From positions 23,752 to 87,751 of the IMG/VR virus record IMGVR_UViG_3300023259_000001: 64,000 nt of DNA; one strand, 5' to 3'. This document shows positions 39,987 through 48,503 of the stretch, piece by piece. The stretch comes from a virus (Duplodnaviria > Caudoviricetes). The notes under the pieces were generated by a model. That model ran no database searches. It was not told the DNA's origin and saw only the letters and a list, made by a program, of their open reading frames with translations. Every line of letters begins with the position of its first letter. Position 1 is the stretch's first letter. The translations under genes and the position numbers were made by a program.

Positions 39987-42002
39987 TTATTCCCCGCCTG
40001 GCTCGCCGTCCATGAAGGCGTTCGTAATCGAAATCAACGCCGTCGCGCTGATGATCGTAATCCTCGGCACAATATCCCAGGCCCAGCCCAGACGTCTCCA
40101 GCGCAGGCGCGTGGAGTAGCCCGATACGTTGGGAGCGTTCGCGTTCGGCGCAGCCAGAGCCGTCAGCGCTTGCGCGTTCATGAAGGTGTGGCCGTGATCC
40201 TTCGAATAGTCGAAGGTCATAGTTACGTCCGCTTCCCCGACGTCCATTTCCGCCTGAAACAGCCCATAGAAGAAGCGCTGGTTATCGCCCGCCATATGAG
40301 GGCAGGCGCGCTGCCGGAAAATCGCGTGGCCGTTATCCGAGGGCGTGCTCAGCGATTGAATGTAGATGTTCCCGGAGGTGTGGTCTCCCACGAAGTGCGC
40401 GCCAGATATTGCGGGGGCCGATCCGTGCCCATACAAATCTCCGTAGGCATGGCATCGTTGCAACTGCCGGTGCAGGGTGGTTCCGTCCCAATAGCCGCGC
40501 CGATGCCACTGGGGAATACCGGTCTGCTGCCAAGCGGTGAAGTCGAATACCCAAGTGGCATCTCCCGAGGGGAAATGGAGCACCCAGAACTCGTGCCCTT
40601 CGTCGGTTTCCGTGTAGCCGATGGCGTCCTCGACCGTTGGATACGTTCTCCAGGTCTGCTCGATAGCGTGCGTCGAGATGCGCTGCGGGATCAGCCCCTG
40701 ACAGTAAACTGCTTGGACGTCGCCGCGGCTGGTGGCGAAAGCCATCCACGCAATGCCGTTGATGCTCAACCGAACCGGCGAGAACTGCGCAGCCAGGCCG
40801 TAATGGATCACGCCGCCGGCCTGCAGCCTTTGAAACGGGAAATTAGCAGCCCCTACGTCCTGCCAGATCTCGGTGGATTCCAGGTCCCCGAAAATCCACA
40901 GCAACTCGTGGTCGGCAAGCATAGCCAGGATGTGGTCCGGATAGGCTTCTTTGTCGGCTTCGTCGCTGGGGTTGCAGCTAGTGAAATCGTCGATGCCAGT
41001 GATGTACCATTGGTTGGACTGCGGCGCCGCGAAGATCCCATAGGTATCCAGATAAGCAGCGGTGCCGGCCGCAACCTGGCCGCCGGTTTCTTCGGTGCCG
41101 TGGCCGCCGCTTGTATTCGGCGGTGCTGGGGCAGCGGGTAAGCCGTTCTGTGTGAGCAGCACCGTGCCGCTCGCCGGTCCGCCGAGACCCCAGCCGCTGA
41201 TGAGGTAGGTGCCGTGGACCCATCCTGAACCGCTCGTGATGACAAGCGTGCGACCTATATCCGACTGCTGAAACTGGTAACTGTTGCTGCCGACAAACCA
41301 TCCCGGTGAAAGGGTGTAGAGATCTGTGTATGCCTGCGCGCCGAGGACTTCGATACCCGTGCCCCCGATCGAACTCGCCGTTCCCCAGGCCAGCGCCGCG
41401 ATGGCTGAGCCTCCTACCACACTGGTGATTACCTGCGACTGGATGGTAAACCCAGTGCCTGACTGGATCTCCATCGTCGCGCCCACGTCGCTGGGGCCGA
41501 ATGGGGTGAGGCCGATGAGTCCGTTGCCCGTGGCGTCGATCTGCAGGCCGACCATGGGAATCGAGAAATTCACCGGTACCGCGCCTGAACCGCTGTCCAC
41601 CCAGAGGAAGCCGCCGTTGATGATCATCAACTGGCTGCCGCTGGCGTTCGGAAAGATCAGCGCGGGCTGGTACTCGGGATTGGCGAGGGTGGCAAACGGC
41701 GTGTAAAGTGCGTTGCCGACCGATCCGTGGTCCGAAGAACTGCCGTCCGCGAAGACTTCGTAAAGATGCGAGGGGAGTATCCCCGCCACGGCGAACAGGC
41801 GATCCTGCCCGACCCACACCGCCAGTACGTTCGATAGCGGCAGGGTGCCGAGCAGGGTTAAGCCGGGGGTGCCCTTGGCGCGGCCGACGTTGCGGCCGGC
41901 TTTGGACTCGATCACTTCCTGGAAGAGATTGATCGCGGTCTGGGACTCGGCGTTGACCGAATCCAGCGAATATGCACCTGCTGAGAAAAACGGTATCCGC
42001 AT
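39987..42002 (-). CDS. Tail hub/packaged-DNA stabilization protein (P22 gp10-like)
   Basis: S.NAESQTAINLF..TPGL..L; ELWIFG..STEIW...FPFQR; Y...GHEFWVL.FP..D.TWVFD. Confidence 0.85.
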   Translation of the reverse strand: MRIPFFSAGAYSLDSVNAESQTAINLFQEVIESKAGRNVGRAKGTPGLTLLGTLPLSNVLAVWVGQDRLFAVAGILPSHLYEVFADGSSSDHGSVGNALYTPFATLANPEYQPALIFPNASGSQLMIINGGFLWVDSGSGAVPVNFSIPMVGLQIDATGNGLIGLTPFGPSDVGATMEIQSGTGFTIQSQVITSVVGGSAIAALAWGTASSIGGTGIEVLGAQAYTDLYTLSPGWFVGSNSYQFQQSDIGRTLVITSGSGWVHGTYLISGWGLGGPASGTVLLTQNGLPAAPAPPNTSGGHGTEETGGQVAAGTAAYLDTYGIFAAPQSNQWYITGIDDFTSCNPSDEADKEAYPDHILAMLADHELLWIFGDLESTEIWQDVGAANFPFQRLQAGGVIHYGLAAQFSPVRLSINGIAWMAFATSRGDVQAVYCQGLIPQRISTHAIEQTWRTYPTVEDAIGYTETDEGHEFWVLHFPSGDATWVFDFTAWQQTGIPQWHRRGYWDGTTLHRQLQRCHAYGDLYGHGSAPAISGAHFVGDHTSGNIYIQSLSTPSDNGHAIFRQRACPHMAGDNQRFFYGLFQAEMDVGEADVTMTFDYSKDHGHTFMNAQALTALAAPNANAPNVSGYSTRLRWRRLGWAWDIVPRITIISATALISITNAFMDGEPGGE

Positions 42003-42011
42003 GGCCTGGCG

Positions 42012-42698
42012 TTATCCCGCCTGCAGCGTCTGCTTGCCGGGGCTCTGCGGCATCGGCTGATCTGGCGGCGGATCGCTGCCGAAGATCCGGGAATTCGCCA
42101 GCGCGATATCGGACTTGCTCTCTTGCGCCTTCTGCATCAAGCTCTGCGTCACCGGCTTCCCGTATTGCTCACAAAGGTCCACGGCCAGATTGAGCGTCAA
42201 CCCGCGGGCATATCCCGGCGCCAGCGTGACCTGAGTCGTATTGAGGTCCGGCCACTGGGTGAGCGGGGCGAAGTAGAACAGATGCAATGTCCCTGTTGCG
42301 ATGGGCCACCAGAAGATATTCGAATTCGGTAAGGCGTAGTCGCAAAACATCTTGGTGGCGAACTTCCCGGACCTGGAATTGTCCACGATCTCGGACCACT
42401 GCGCGGGAGACAGAATTTCGACGGGGGCTTGCAATGTCCCGGAATCGCAATACGCGGCCGTGATCTTTGAGGGCCGGTATCCGAGGCTGTACGGCTGGGC
42501 TGCGCCGTTCAGGTTGACTTGCCCCTCGGTGATCTGCATGATAAGCAGCCCGAGAGATGCCCACTGGTCGACCAGCTTGTTGAGCGAGATGAGGCCGTCG
42601 GCGAGTTCGGCACCGTTCAATGTTTCGCCGGAGGCTATGGCCTGGATGCTGCGGGCGGCGTCGGTGATGAGAGCTTGAGCGTAATATGTCTGGGCCAT
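42012..42698 (-). CDS. Head-tail adaptor (P22 gp4-like) paralogue 1
   Basis: LITDAARSI..IASGE....DGL..LN.LVDQW...PGY.RGL.LNLAVDL. Confidence 0.7.
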   Translation of the reverse strand: MAQTYYAQALITDAARSIQAIASGETLNGAELADGLISLNKLVDQWASLGLLIMQITEGQVNLNGAAQPYSLGYRPSKITAAYCDSGTLQAPVEILSPAQWSEIVDNSRSGKFATKMFCDYALPNSNIFWWPIATGTLHLFYFAPLTQWPDLNTTQVTLAPGYARGLTLNLAVDLCEQYGKPVTQSLMQKAQESKSDIALANSRIFGSDPPPDQPMPQSPGKQTLQAG

Positions 42699-42765
42699 GG
42701 GATTCCTCTGTCCTCGCGACGGTGGGCTTTATATGTTGGCGCCGCGCCGGTCAGTCCTGCCCGGC

Positions 42766-42824
42766 GCTGGTAGAACCTTTGGTACTGTTGGGTGCCGTGC
42801 AGCGGTGGTACGCTGTTGGGCATG
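42766..42824 (+). repeat. 59-bp direct repeat/promoter cassette (partner 43583-43641)
   Basis: 57/59 identical; ends TG-G-TACGCT-7 nt-ATG of the cargo gene. Confidence 0.92.
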
Positions 42825-43496
42825 GGACTTGTTCAAACCGCAGTTGAAGGGTTCGCCGAATACCACAAGATTGACACGCTGTTTGAGCGCGATGAGAAGT
42901 TCGCTGTCGATCCAGATCGGATCAAAAAGCCAGTGCTGCGAACAATCTCACTGTGGAACGTTACAGAGAAGATCGACGGCACGAATATCCGCGTCATGCT
43001 CGGCCAAGACGGCAAGCTGAGTTTCGGTGGCCGATCCGATAATACCCAACTGCCAGCCGATCTGCTGATGTACCTGGTCAACACCTTCCACGCGGAGGAT
43101 TTGAAGCGCGTCTTCTGGCTCGACAATGTTCCGGTCCGGGCGATTTTGTACGGCGAAGGTTACGGTGCCGGGATCCAAAAGGGGGCGGCGTACCGGGCAG
43201 ACAAAGCCTTTATCCTGTTCGATGTCATGGTCGGTGATTGCTGGCTTGACTGGGAAGACGTCCGGGACGTGGCGTGCAAACTTGGGATAGACACGGTGCC
43301 ATATCTTGGCCGGTGGACATTTGACGAAATAGTGAGATATGTCCAAAACGGGTTCAAGTCGGCCATCGGCACGGCTCAAGCCGAAGGGATCGTCGCGCGG
43401 CCTCTCGAAGCGCTCTATGACAAGCGCAAGCGCAGGATCATCATCAAACTAAAGACCAAGGACTTCGGCAAAGCTAGTTTGCCACCAGCACAGTGA
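42822..43496 (+). CDS. ATP-dependent RNA ligase-family nucleotidyltransferase
   Basis: TEKIDGTNIR, LYGEGYG..IQ, FILFDV, EGIVARP, IIKLK. Confidence 0.85.
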   Translation: MGLVQTAVEGFAEYHKIDTLFERDEKFAVDPDRIKKPVLRTISLWNVTEKIDGTNIRVMLGQDGKLSFGGRSDNTQLPADLLMYLVNTFHAEDLKRVFWLDNVPVRAILYGEGYGAGIQKGAAYRADKAFILFDVMVGDCWLDWEDVRDVACKLGIDTVPYLGRWTFDEIVRYVQNGFKSAIGTAQAEGIVARPLEALYDKRKRRIIIKLKTKDFGKASLPPAQ

Positions 43497-43638
43497 TCGG
43501 GATAACCAGCGTGGCGAACTGCCCCACATTCGTCGAAGCGCCGATGAGCCGCGCTTCGCCGCCGTCGCCGCCGCGCCGGACGGCTGGTAGAGCCTTTGGT
43601 ACTGTTGGGTGCCGTGCAGCGGTGGTACGCTGTTGAGC

Positions 43639-44496
43639 ATGACCGTGAACTACTGCGGGCAGTCCAGCGGCAAAGACAGCCAGGCCACAGCACTGTGGCT
43701 GATCCACTCAAGCGGTGTGTCCCGTGAGTCGATCCGATTCACATTCTGCGATACCGGAAACGAGCACCAGTTTACCTACGACCACATCGCGCTTTTGAGC
43801 GAGAGGTTTGTTTCTTGGGGCTGCGCGCCAATCGTAACGCTCAAACCAGAGCGCGACTTTATGGAGTTGGCGCGGTGGAAGAAGCGCTTCCCGAGCCGCA
43901 AGGCCCGCTTCTGCACTCAGTTCCTCAAGGTGATTCCTTCACGCGCCGACGTGATGGCGTTGCTCCGCGAGGGCCACGAGGTTATCGTGCATTCGGGGGT
44001 CCGCGCTGCCGAAAGCGCAGATCGGGCGAAACTCATTGACCGGGGCTTTGATGATATGTTCAGCTGCGTGGTGAACCGGCCCTTGCTGCGCTGGACACTT
44101 GAAGAAGTGCTGGCGCTCAGTGCCCGCCACGGCGTTCCCCTGAACCCGCTGTACGCCTATGGCGCGCAGCGCGTGGGATGCTTCCCTTGCATCAACAGCC
44201 GAAAGTCCGAGATAAAGCTGATCTCTATCAACTTCCCCGACCGGATAGACCAGATTCGCGAACAGGAACGCGCCATTGAAACCGGCGTACTCCATAGTTT
44301 TTTCGCCCGCAAAACAGTTCCCCCAAGGTTCAGGACGCATGGTTACGAGAACCGCAAGGGAGAGCATTTCCAGGTGTGCTCCATAGACGATGTGGTGCGA
44401 TGGTCGCACACCGGACACCGCGCGAAAGAACAGGAGCCGCGCCTGTTCGATGATGAAGGCTTGGTTTGCCCATCCGGGGCCGGGATGTGCGAATAA
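43639..44496 (+). CDS. PAPS-reductase-family (PP-loop) protein
   Basis: SSGKDS, FCDTGNEH, RFPSRKARFCTQFLK, GVRAAES..R, PLL.WT, NPLY..G..RVGCFPC. Confidence 0.85.
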   Translation: MTVNYCGQSSGKDSQATALWLIHSSGVSRESIRFTFCDTGNEHQFTYDHIALLSERFVSWGCAPIVTLKPERDFMELARWKKRFPSRKARFCTQFLKVIPSRADVMALLREGHEVIVHSGVRAAESADRAKLIDRGFDDMFSCVVNRPLLRWTLEEVLALSARHGVPLNPLYAYGAQRVGCFPCINSRKSEIKLISINFPDRIDQIREQERAIETGVLHSFFARKTVPPRFRTHGYENRKGEHFQVCSIDDVVRWSHTGHRAKEQEPRLFDDEGLVCPSGAGMCE

Positions 44497-44504
44497 AGCC
44501 GCTT

Positions 44505-44553
44505 AATCTGGGAACCAGCGCGGGGCACGGCGGTGACACGCGCGGCAGCAAAC
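44505..44553 (-). repeat. Degenerate copy of the dispersed repeat
   Basis: AATCTGGGAACCAGCG...GCGCGGCAGCAAAC, directly after the PAPS-reductase stop. Confidence 0.7.
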
Positions 44554-44625
44554 TATGAGCTTTGTGCGCCTGAAACCTTCCTTCGGTTGCTACACTGGAG
44601 TCTGCAAACGCCGAAAAGGCGATAC

Positions 44626-44688
44626 GCCGACCTGATCTATCAGCTAGGCGAAGAAAGGAGGGCGCGGAAGATAGCCGGAGCCATCGTC
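44626..44688 (+). pseudogene. Fragment resembling host rsmH (mraW)
   Basis: Translates ADLIYQLGEERRARKIAGAIV, matching the RsmH helical-domain motif (LADII..YGEER.AR.IARAIV). Confidence 0.6.
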
Positions 44689-44757
44689 CCGGCGGCGCCT
44701 CATTACGAATCTGTGTTTTCCGTGGCCGGGAAACGCGGGCGGGGCGTCGCCGGGGCA

Positions 44758-45513
44758 CTACTGCGTTGCCGGCTTCCCCTGCTCCAGATCAATCTCCTGC
44801 ATCGGCTGCTGCAACGGCACCGGACGCAGCGGCGCCGCCGGCGCGCCAACCGTAACCGCGTTGAGTTGCGCGAGGCGCGACTTGGTATCTTCAGCTTTCT
44901 TCCCCACCCACTGATCCAGGATGGCACCCGGGAATTCCGACGCCAGGACCACGGCGAGATTGAATTTCAGGGTTTCCAGGTATCCGGGCGGAAAGGCGAT
45001 TACATCGCTCAGATACACTACCCCGGCCAAGGGTTTGTAACTCCACAGATTCAGGGTTCCCCCGTTGGCGGCCGCGGGCCACAGCATGATGGTTGCCTGC
45101 GGGTAGCCGTAATCGCACACGAGGTAATCGGCGTAGCTGCCGGTCACAGTGCGATCGATGATGGTTTCAAAGCGTTCCGGGGTGACCACCTGCACCGGCA
45201 TGGAGCCGTCCGTAGTAACCACGCTGGCCGCGCGAATCTTCTCCGGCCGCGAGCTGGTGATATTGCCACCCGTGCCCCAGGTGTAGCTGGCGGCGCCGGT
45301 GAGGCCGAAAGTCTCGTGCACCGTTTGGTAAATTGTGGCGCCGTCTACCGAAAAGCCGTCGATGATGGCGTTGAGCGCATCGAGCGCGATCTGATAGTCC
45401 TGGGAGGCGGGTACGGTGTTGCCGCCTTGTTGAGTGGTGGCGAAAGCAGAGTTGGGCGCCAGGACGTGGATCAGGCGGAGAGCTTCATCGCAGATGTTTT
45501 GAACTGATGGCAT
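44758..45513 (-). CDS. Head-tail adaptor (gp4-like) paralogue 2
   Basis: VQNICDEALRLIHVL...ALDALN..IDGFS...FPPGYLETLKFNLAV. Confidence 0.75.
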   Translation of the reverse strand: MPSVQNICDEALRLIHVLAPNSAFATTQQGGNTVPASQDYQIALDALNAIIDGFSVDGATIYQTVHETFGLTGAASYTWGTGGNITSSRPEKIRAASVVTTDGSMPVQVVTPERFETIIDRTVTGSYADYLVCDYGYPQATIMLWPAAANGGTLNLWSYKPLAGVVYLSDVIAFPPGYLETLKFNLAVVLASEFPGAILDQWVGKKAEDTKSRLAQLNAVTVGAPAAPLRPVPLQQPMQEIDLEQGKPATQ

Positions 45514-45532
45514 GGGAGAAAAGCCTTATATA

Positions 45533-45576
45533 TTGGTGCCGCCGCCGTCGCATCCGCGCCGGGCGGCTGGTAGAAT
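45533..45576 (+). repeat. Dispersed repeat copy ending in an extended -10
   Basis: 33/38 identical to 13313-13350; TG-G-TAGAAT(45571)-6 nt-ATG. Confidence 0.85.
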
Positions 45577-45582
45577 CGGTCT

Positions 45583-45873
45583 ATGGGCGGAGCTATTCAG
45601 AGTCGGGTGAATGATGACGAATCGAACATCTGCGCCTGTTGCGGATACCCGGCTCCCCTGAAGGAATATCGGACATTGGTTCCGAACGCGCCTGGAGATA
45701 CGCGGGAAGCGCACAGATTCTGTGAGGTCTGCGCGGGCACGTTTTTGAGCCACTGCATCACTTACGCCGGCCTCTATGGAAGCGAGCGGCACTTGTGGGG
45801 CTCGATTGGCTGGATTGCCAATCGGCTGCTAGAAGAAATCCGATCAACACGCCAAGGCGGCAGCAAGCCTTAA
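45583..45873 (+). CDS. Leaderless antisense cargo, Zn-finger protein
   Basis: CACC...CEVC; extended -10 6 nt upstream. Confidence 0.65.
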   Translation: MGGAIQSRVNDDESNICACCGYPAPLKEYRTLVPNAPGDTREAHRFCEVCAGTFLSHCITYAGLYGSERHLWGSIGWIANRLLEEIRSTRQGGSKP

Positions 45874-46628
45874 GGCGTGCGCGGGCTGTTCTGGTCGATC
45901 TGGGTTTCCGCCGCCTGAACCTGCACGGGCAGCGGCGGCAGGGGCGGCATCGGCTCGCCGATGGTCACCATGTTGAGCGCCGCGAGACGCGCTTTGCAGT
46001 CCCCGGCCTTCTGGAATACCCACTGATCGAGACGGCCCGTCGGGAATTCCGAGGCCAGCATCACCGCTAGGTTAAGTTTCAAGGTTTCGAGGTACCCGGG
46101 CGGAAATGAGATGGCGTCGCTCAAGTAAACCACCGCGGTCAGCGGCTTAATGCTCCACAGGTCTAGGGTGCCGGTGGCCACGATAGGCCAGAGCGAGATG
46201 GTAGCCAGGGGATTGGCGTAATCGCACACCAGCATGTCGGCGAACTTCCCGGCTCTGCTGATGTCGATAATGGTCTCGAACTTTTCCGGCGTGACGATCG
46301 CCACACGCATGGATGCCGTAGTGGATTGAATTACTGCGGCCGCGCGGATCTTCTCCGGACGCGCCGTATTGATGACGCCGCCAAGGCCCCATGTGTAGCT
46401 GGCGGCGCCGGTCAAGGCAAAGGTCTCGTGGACTACCTGGTAGACTGTGGCGCCGTCTACCGAGAAGCCGTCGATCACCTGGTTTAGGGCGTCGAGCGCG
46501 ATTTGATACTCCTGGCAGGCTGGAACGGTGTTGCCGCCTTGTACCTGGGTGGCAAAGGAGGCGTTGGCCCGCAGGACGTGGATGAGGCGCAATGCCTCGT
46601 CGCAAAGGTTTTGAACTGTGAATGCCAT
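45870..46628 (-). CDS. Head-tail adaptor (gp4-like) paralogue 3
   Basis: Very similar to 44758-45513 along its whole length. Confidence 0.75.
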   Translation of the reverse strand: MAFTVQNLCDEALRLIHVLRANASFATQVQGGNTVPACQEYQIALDALNQVIDGFSVDGATVYQVVHETFALTGAASYTWGLGGVINTARPEKIRAAAVIQSTTASMRVAIVTPEKFETIIDISRAGKFADMLVCDYANPLATISLWPIVATGTLDLWSIKPLTAVVYLSDAISFPPGYLETLKLNLAVMLASEFPTGRLDQWVFQKAGDCKARLAALNMVTIGEPMPPLPPLPVQVQAAETQIDQNSPRTP

Positions 46629-46667
46629 GGGGGTAAACGCCTCTTGTGAATGTTTCTAAAGCGGCGA

Positions 46668-47090
46668 CTAGGCCGCCTGAGTTGCCGGTTTCTTCTTGGC
46701 CTTGGCCAAGTCTTCCACCAGCGTTTCGTTGCGGCTTTCGAGCGTCGCAATGCGCGCGTCGAGCGTCTCGATTCGGGCTTCGTTCTCTTCTGCCCTTTTC
46801 TTCCACATGGCATCGAACCTGACTTTCAGGTCCGCGTTTTCCATGCCCAATTGGAGGCAGGTGGGGCATTCGCCCGCTTTCGGCGCGGTGGTCTGAGCGG
46901 TTTGCGTGGCGTGCGGCTGGCGGCTGTATCCGTCGCTGATGGCCAGGTCTTCCTCTTCCAGGCTCTTGACGAATTTGACGCCGCCTGATGGGTGGTGCAT
47001 GACGCGCGGGTATTCTTGGTGCACGTAGGGCGGCGCGACGGGCTTATCCGTGGGGCGGCCGTTACCGAAACTGTTCTCTGGTCTTGCCAT
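46668..47090 (-). CDS. Head-region hypothetical protein with coiled coil
   Basis: HQEYPRVMHHP...V...EE....GY; SD AAGGAG. Confidence 0.7.
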   Translation of the reverse strand: MARPENSFGNGRPTDKPVAPPYVHQEYPRVMHHPSGGVKFVKSLEEEDLAISDGYSRQPHATQTAQTTAPKAGECPTCLQLGMENADLKVRFDAMWKKRAEENEARIETLDARIATLESRNETLVEDLAKAKKKPATQAA

Positions 47091-47114
47091 TGTTCTCCTT
47101 GAAAGTTAGGGTGC

Positions 47115-47939
47115 TCACACCCATTGGTTGGAAAGTATATTAAAATTTCCCCTCGACTGTCCGACCGCCATCGACCCGCGCTCGCACTGCGAAATGTAGG
47201 TCACGGCGTTGATGCTCTTGATGAGCGCCAGCGCGCGCCCGGCCATGGGGATCGCCAGGGGCGACAAGTTGGCCTTCGGCCCGTATCGCGCGGCAATCCG
47301 GATCGCCAGGTTGTACTGCATGGCGTCCACGTATTCAGGTGCGGTGATGATCGGATCGAGCGGCGACTGAAACTGCTGCACGGTCTGCCAGGTGTACAGC
47401 GCGCCTTCGGTGACGTAGGCGTTTGCTGGAATCGGCCACAGGTAGATCTTGCCGTTGGGAACCGCGGGCTCGTAATACAGCTTCGTGGGGTTGCCCGAGG
47501 TCAGATCTTTGGGCGAGAGTGCCGCCCACTGCTGCGCCGTGAGCTGGTCGAAGGGTTCCTCAATGACCGGGTTGACGTTGGTAAAGAGGTAGCTGGCCCA
47601 CTCGATGCGTTGCGGTCGTTCGATTTGGATATCCGTCAAGCCGCTGAGCCCGATCAGGTACGGGAAGTCCGGGCCGCCCTGCCCGATATTGATCGCAAAA
47701 CACGTTCGCAGGATGGCCGGCACCATGTTCTGCTGCGCCTTCCAACTTGAAACCAACTGGTTCAATTCCCACAGGCAATCCTGGTAATCGTAGATCGAAT
47801 ACCCGCGTCCAGCCATCTGCATGACGCCCGCGATGCGTAGCGCGTGGTAGATCAGATCGCCGACGATGGGCGCGTTCGCGGGGTTGTTCGCGTACTGCGC
47901 GCCGGTGAACTGGCCGAAGTTGATATTGGATGTGGACAT
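47115..47939 (-). CDS. Head-tail adaptor (gp4-like) paralogue 4
   Basis: VGDLIYHALRIAGVM...LN.LVSSW...PEY.DAMQYNLAIRIA. Confidence 0.7.
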   Translation of the reverse strand: MSTSNINFGQFTGAQYANNPANAPIVGDLIYHALRIAGVMQMAGRGYSIYDYQDCLWELNQLVSSWKAQQNMVPAILRTCFAINIGQGGPDFPYLIGLSGLTDIQIERPQRIEWASYLFTNVNPVIEEPFDQLTAQQWAALSPKDLTSGNPTKLYYEPAVPNGKIYLWPIPANAYVTEGALYTWQTVQQFQSPLDPIITAPEYVDAMQYNLAIRIAARYGPKANLSPLAIPMAGRALALIKSINAVTYISQCERGSMAVGQSRGNFNILSNQWV

Positions 47940-47973
47940 GGCGGAGGGGCAAGCGGGGCGTTACAATGCGGAC

Positions 47974-48243
47974 ATGCTGAGAGATTGCGACGACTGCGGA
48001 AATAGCTACGACGACGCGGAGTGCGTGACGTATTGCCCGCACCCGCGGTTCATTTCGCCGGAAGACGCCCGGCGCAAGGACTTGGCTGTCGGGCTGATTA
48101 ACGTGCCGCTATGCTTCAAGGATCGCCGTCTCGGCGAGTCGGAGGTGCGGATTGCGTCGATCAGCCACAACGGGATGGTCACCGTGAGAGGATGGCCGGA
48201 CGAGTTCGAGCCAAGCCGGTTCAAAGTGATGGAGGCTGCGTGA
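47974..48243 (+). CDS. Leaderless antisense cargo protein
   Basis: TACAAT(47962)-6 nt-ATG; CDDC...C..CPH. Confidence 0.65.
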   Translation: MLRDCDDCGNSYDDAECVTYCPHPRFISPEDARRKDLAVGLINVPLCFKDRRLGESEVRIASISHNGMVTVRGWPDEFEPSRFKVMEAA

Positions 48244-48503
48244 AATACGTCGCTGTTGTCGAGGCCTTCCGAATCTCCCATGTGGGCGATCTATGCGCAG
48301 AAGACGGCAGCCGCATCCTCGCGCTCGAAGGCAGTACGTGTGTCACGGCAACTAAGGAGATGCTGGCGCGGGTTAACATCGCCGCTGGCGACTTCTGGGT
48401 GATCCAGGGAGACGGGTACATCTATCTGGATCCCGCTGAAGTGTTCGAGCGGGGATTTAGCCGCCTTAATACACCGCTACCGGACCGCACTTCGCCGTCG
48501 TAA
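48240..48503 (+). CDS. Hypothetical phage protein (GD.WV...DGY.Y..P..VFE.G motif)
   Basis: GTGA coupling; motif common in phage hypothetical proteins. Confidence 0.65.
   Translation: MKYVAVVEAFRISHVGDLCAEDGSRILALEGSTCVTATKEMLARVNIAAGDFWVIQGDGYIYLDPAEVFERGFSRLNTPLPDRTSPS

Noticed and set aside
43639-44496. Complete Dnd/Ssp phosphorothioation system
   Set aside because: No cysteine desulfurase, DndD/E or SspB/C partners visible
48240-48503. Known anti-defence sponge (Tad2/Acb2) identity
   Set aside because: The signature motifs I recall for those families are absent; left as hypothetical
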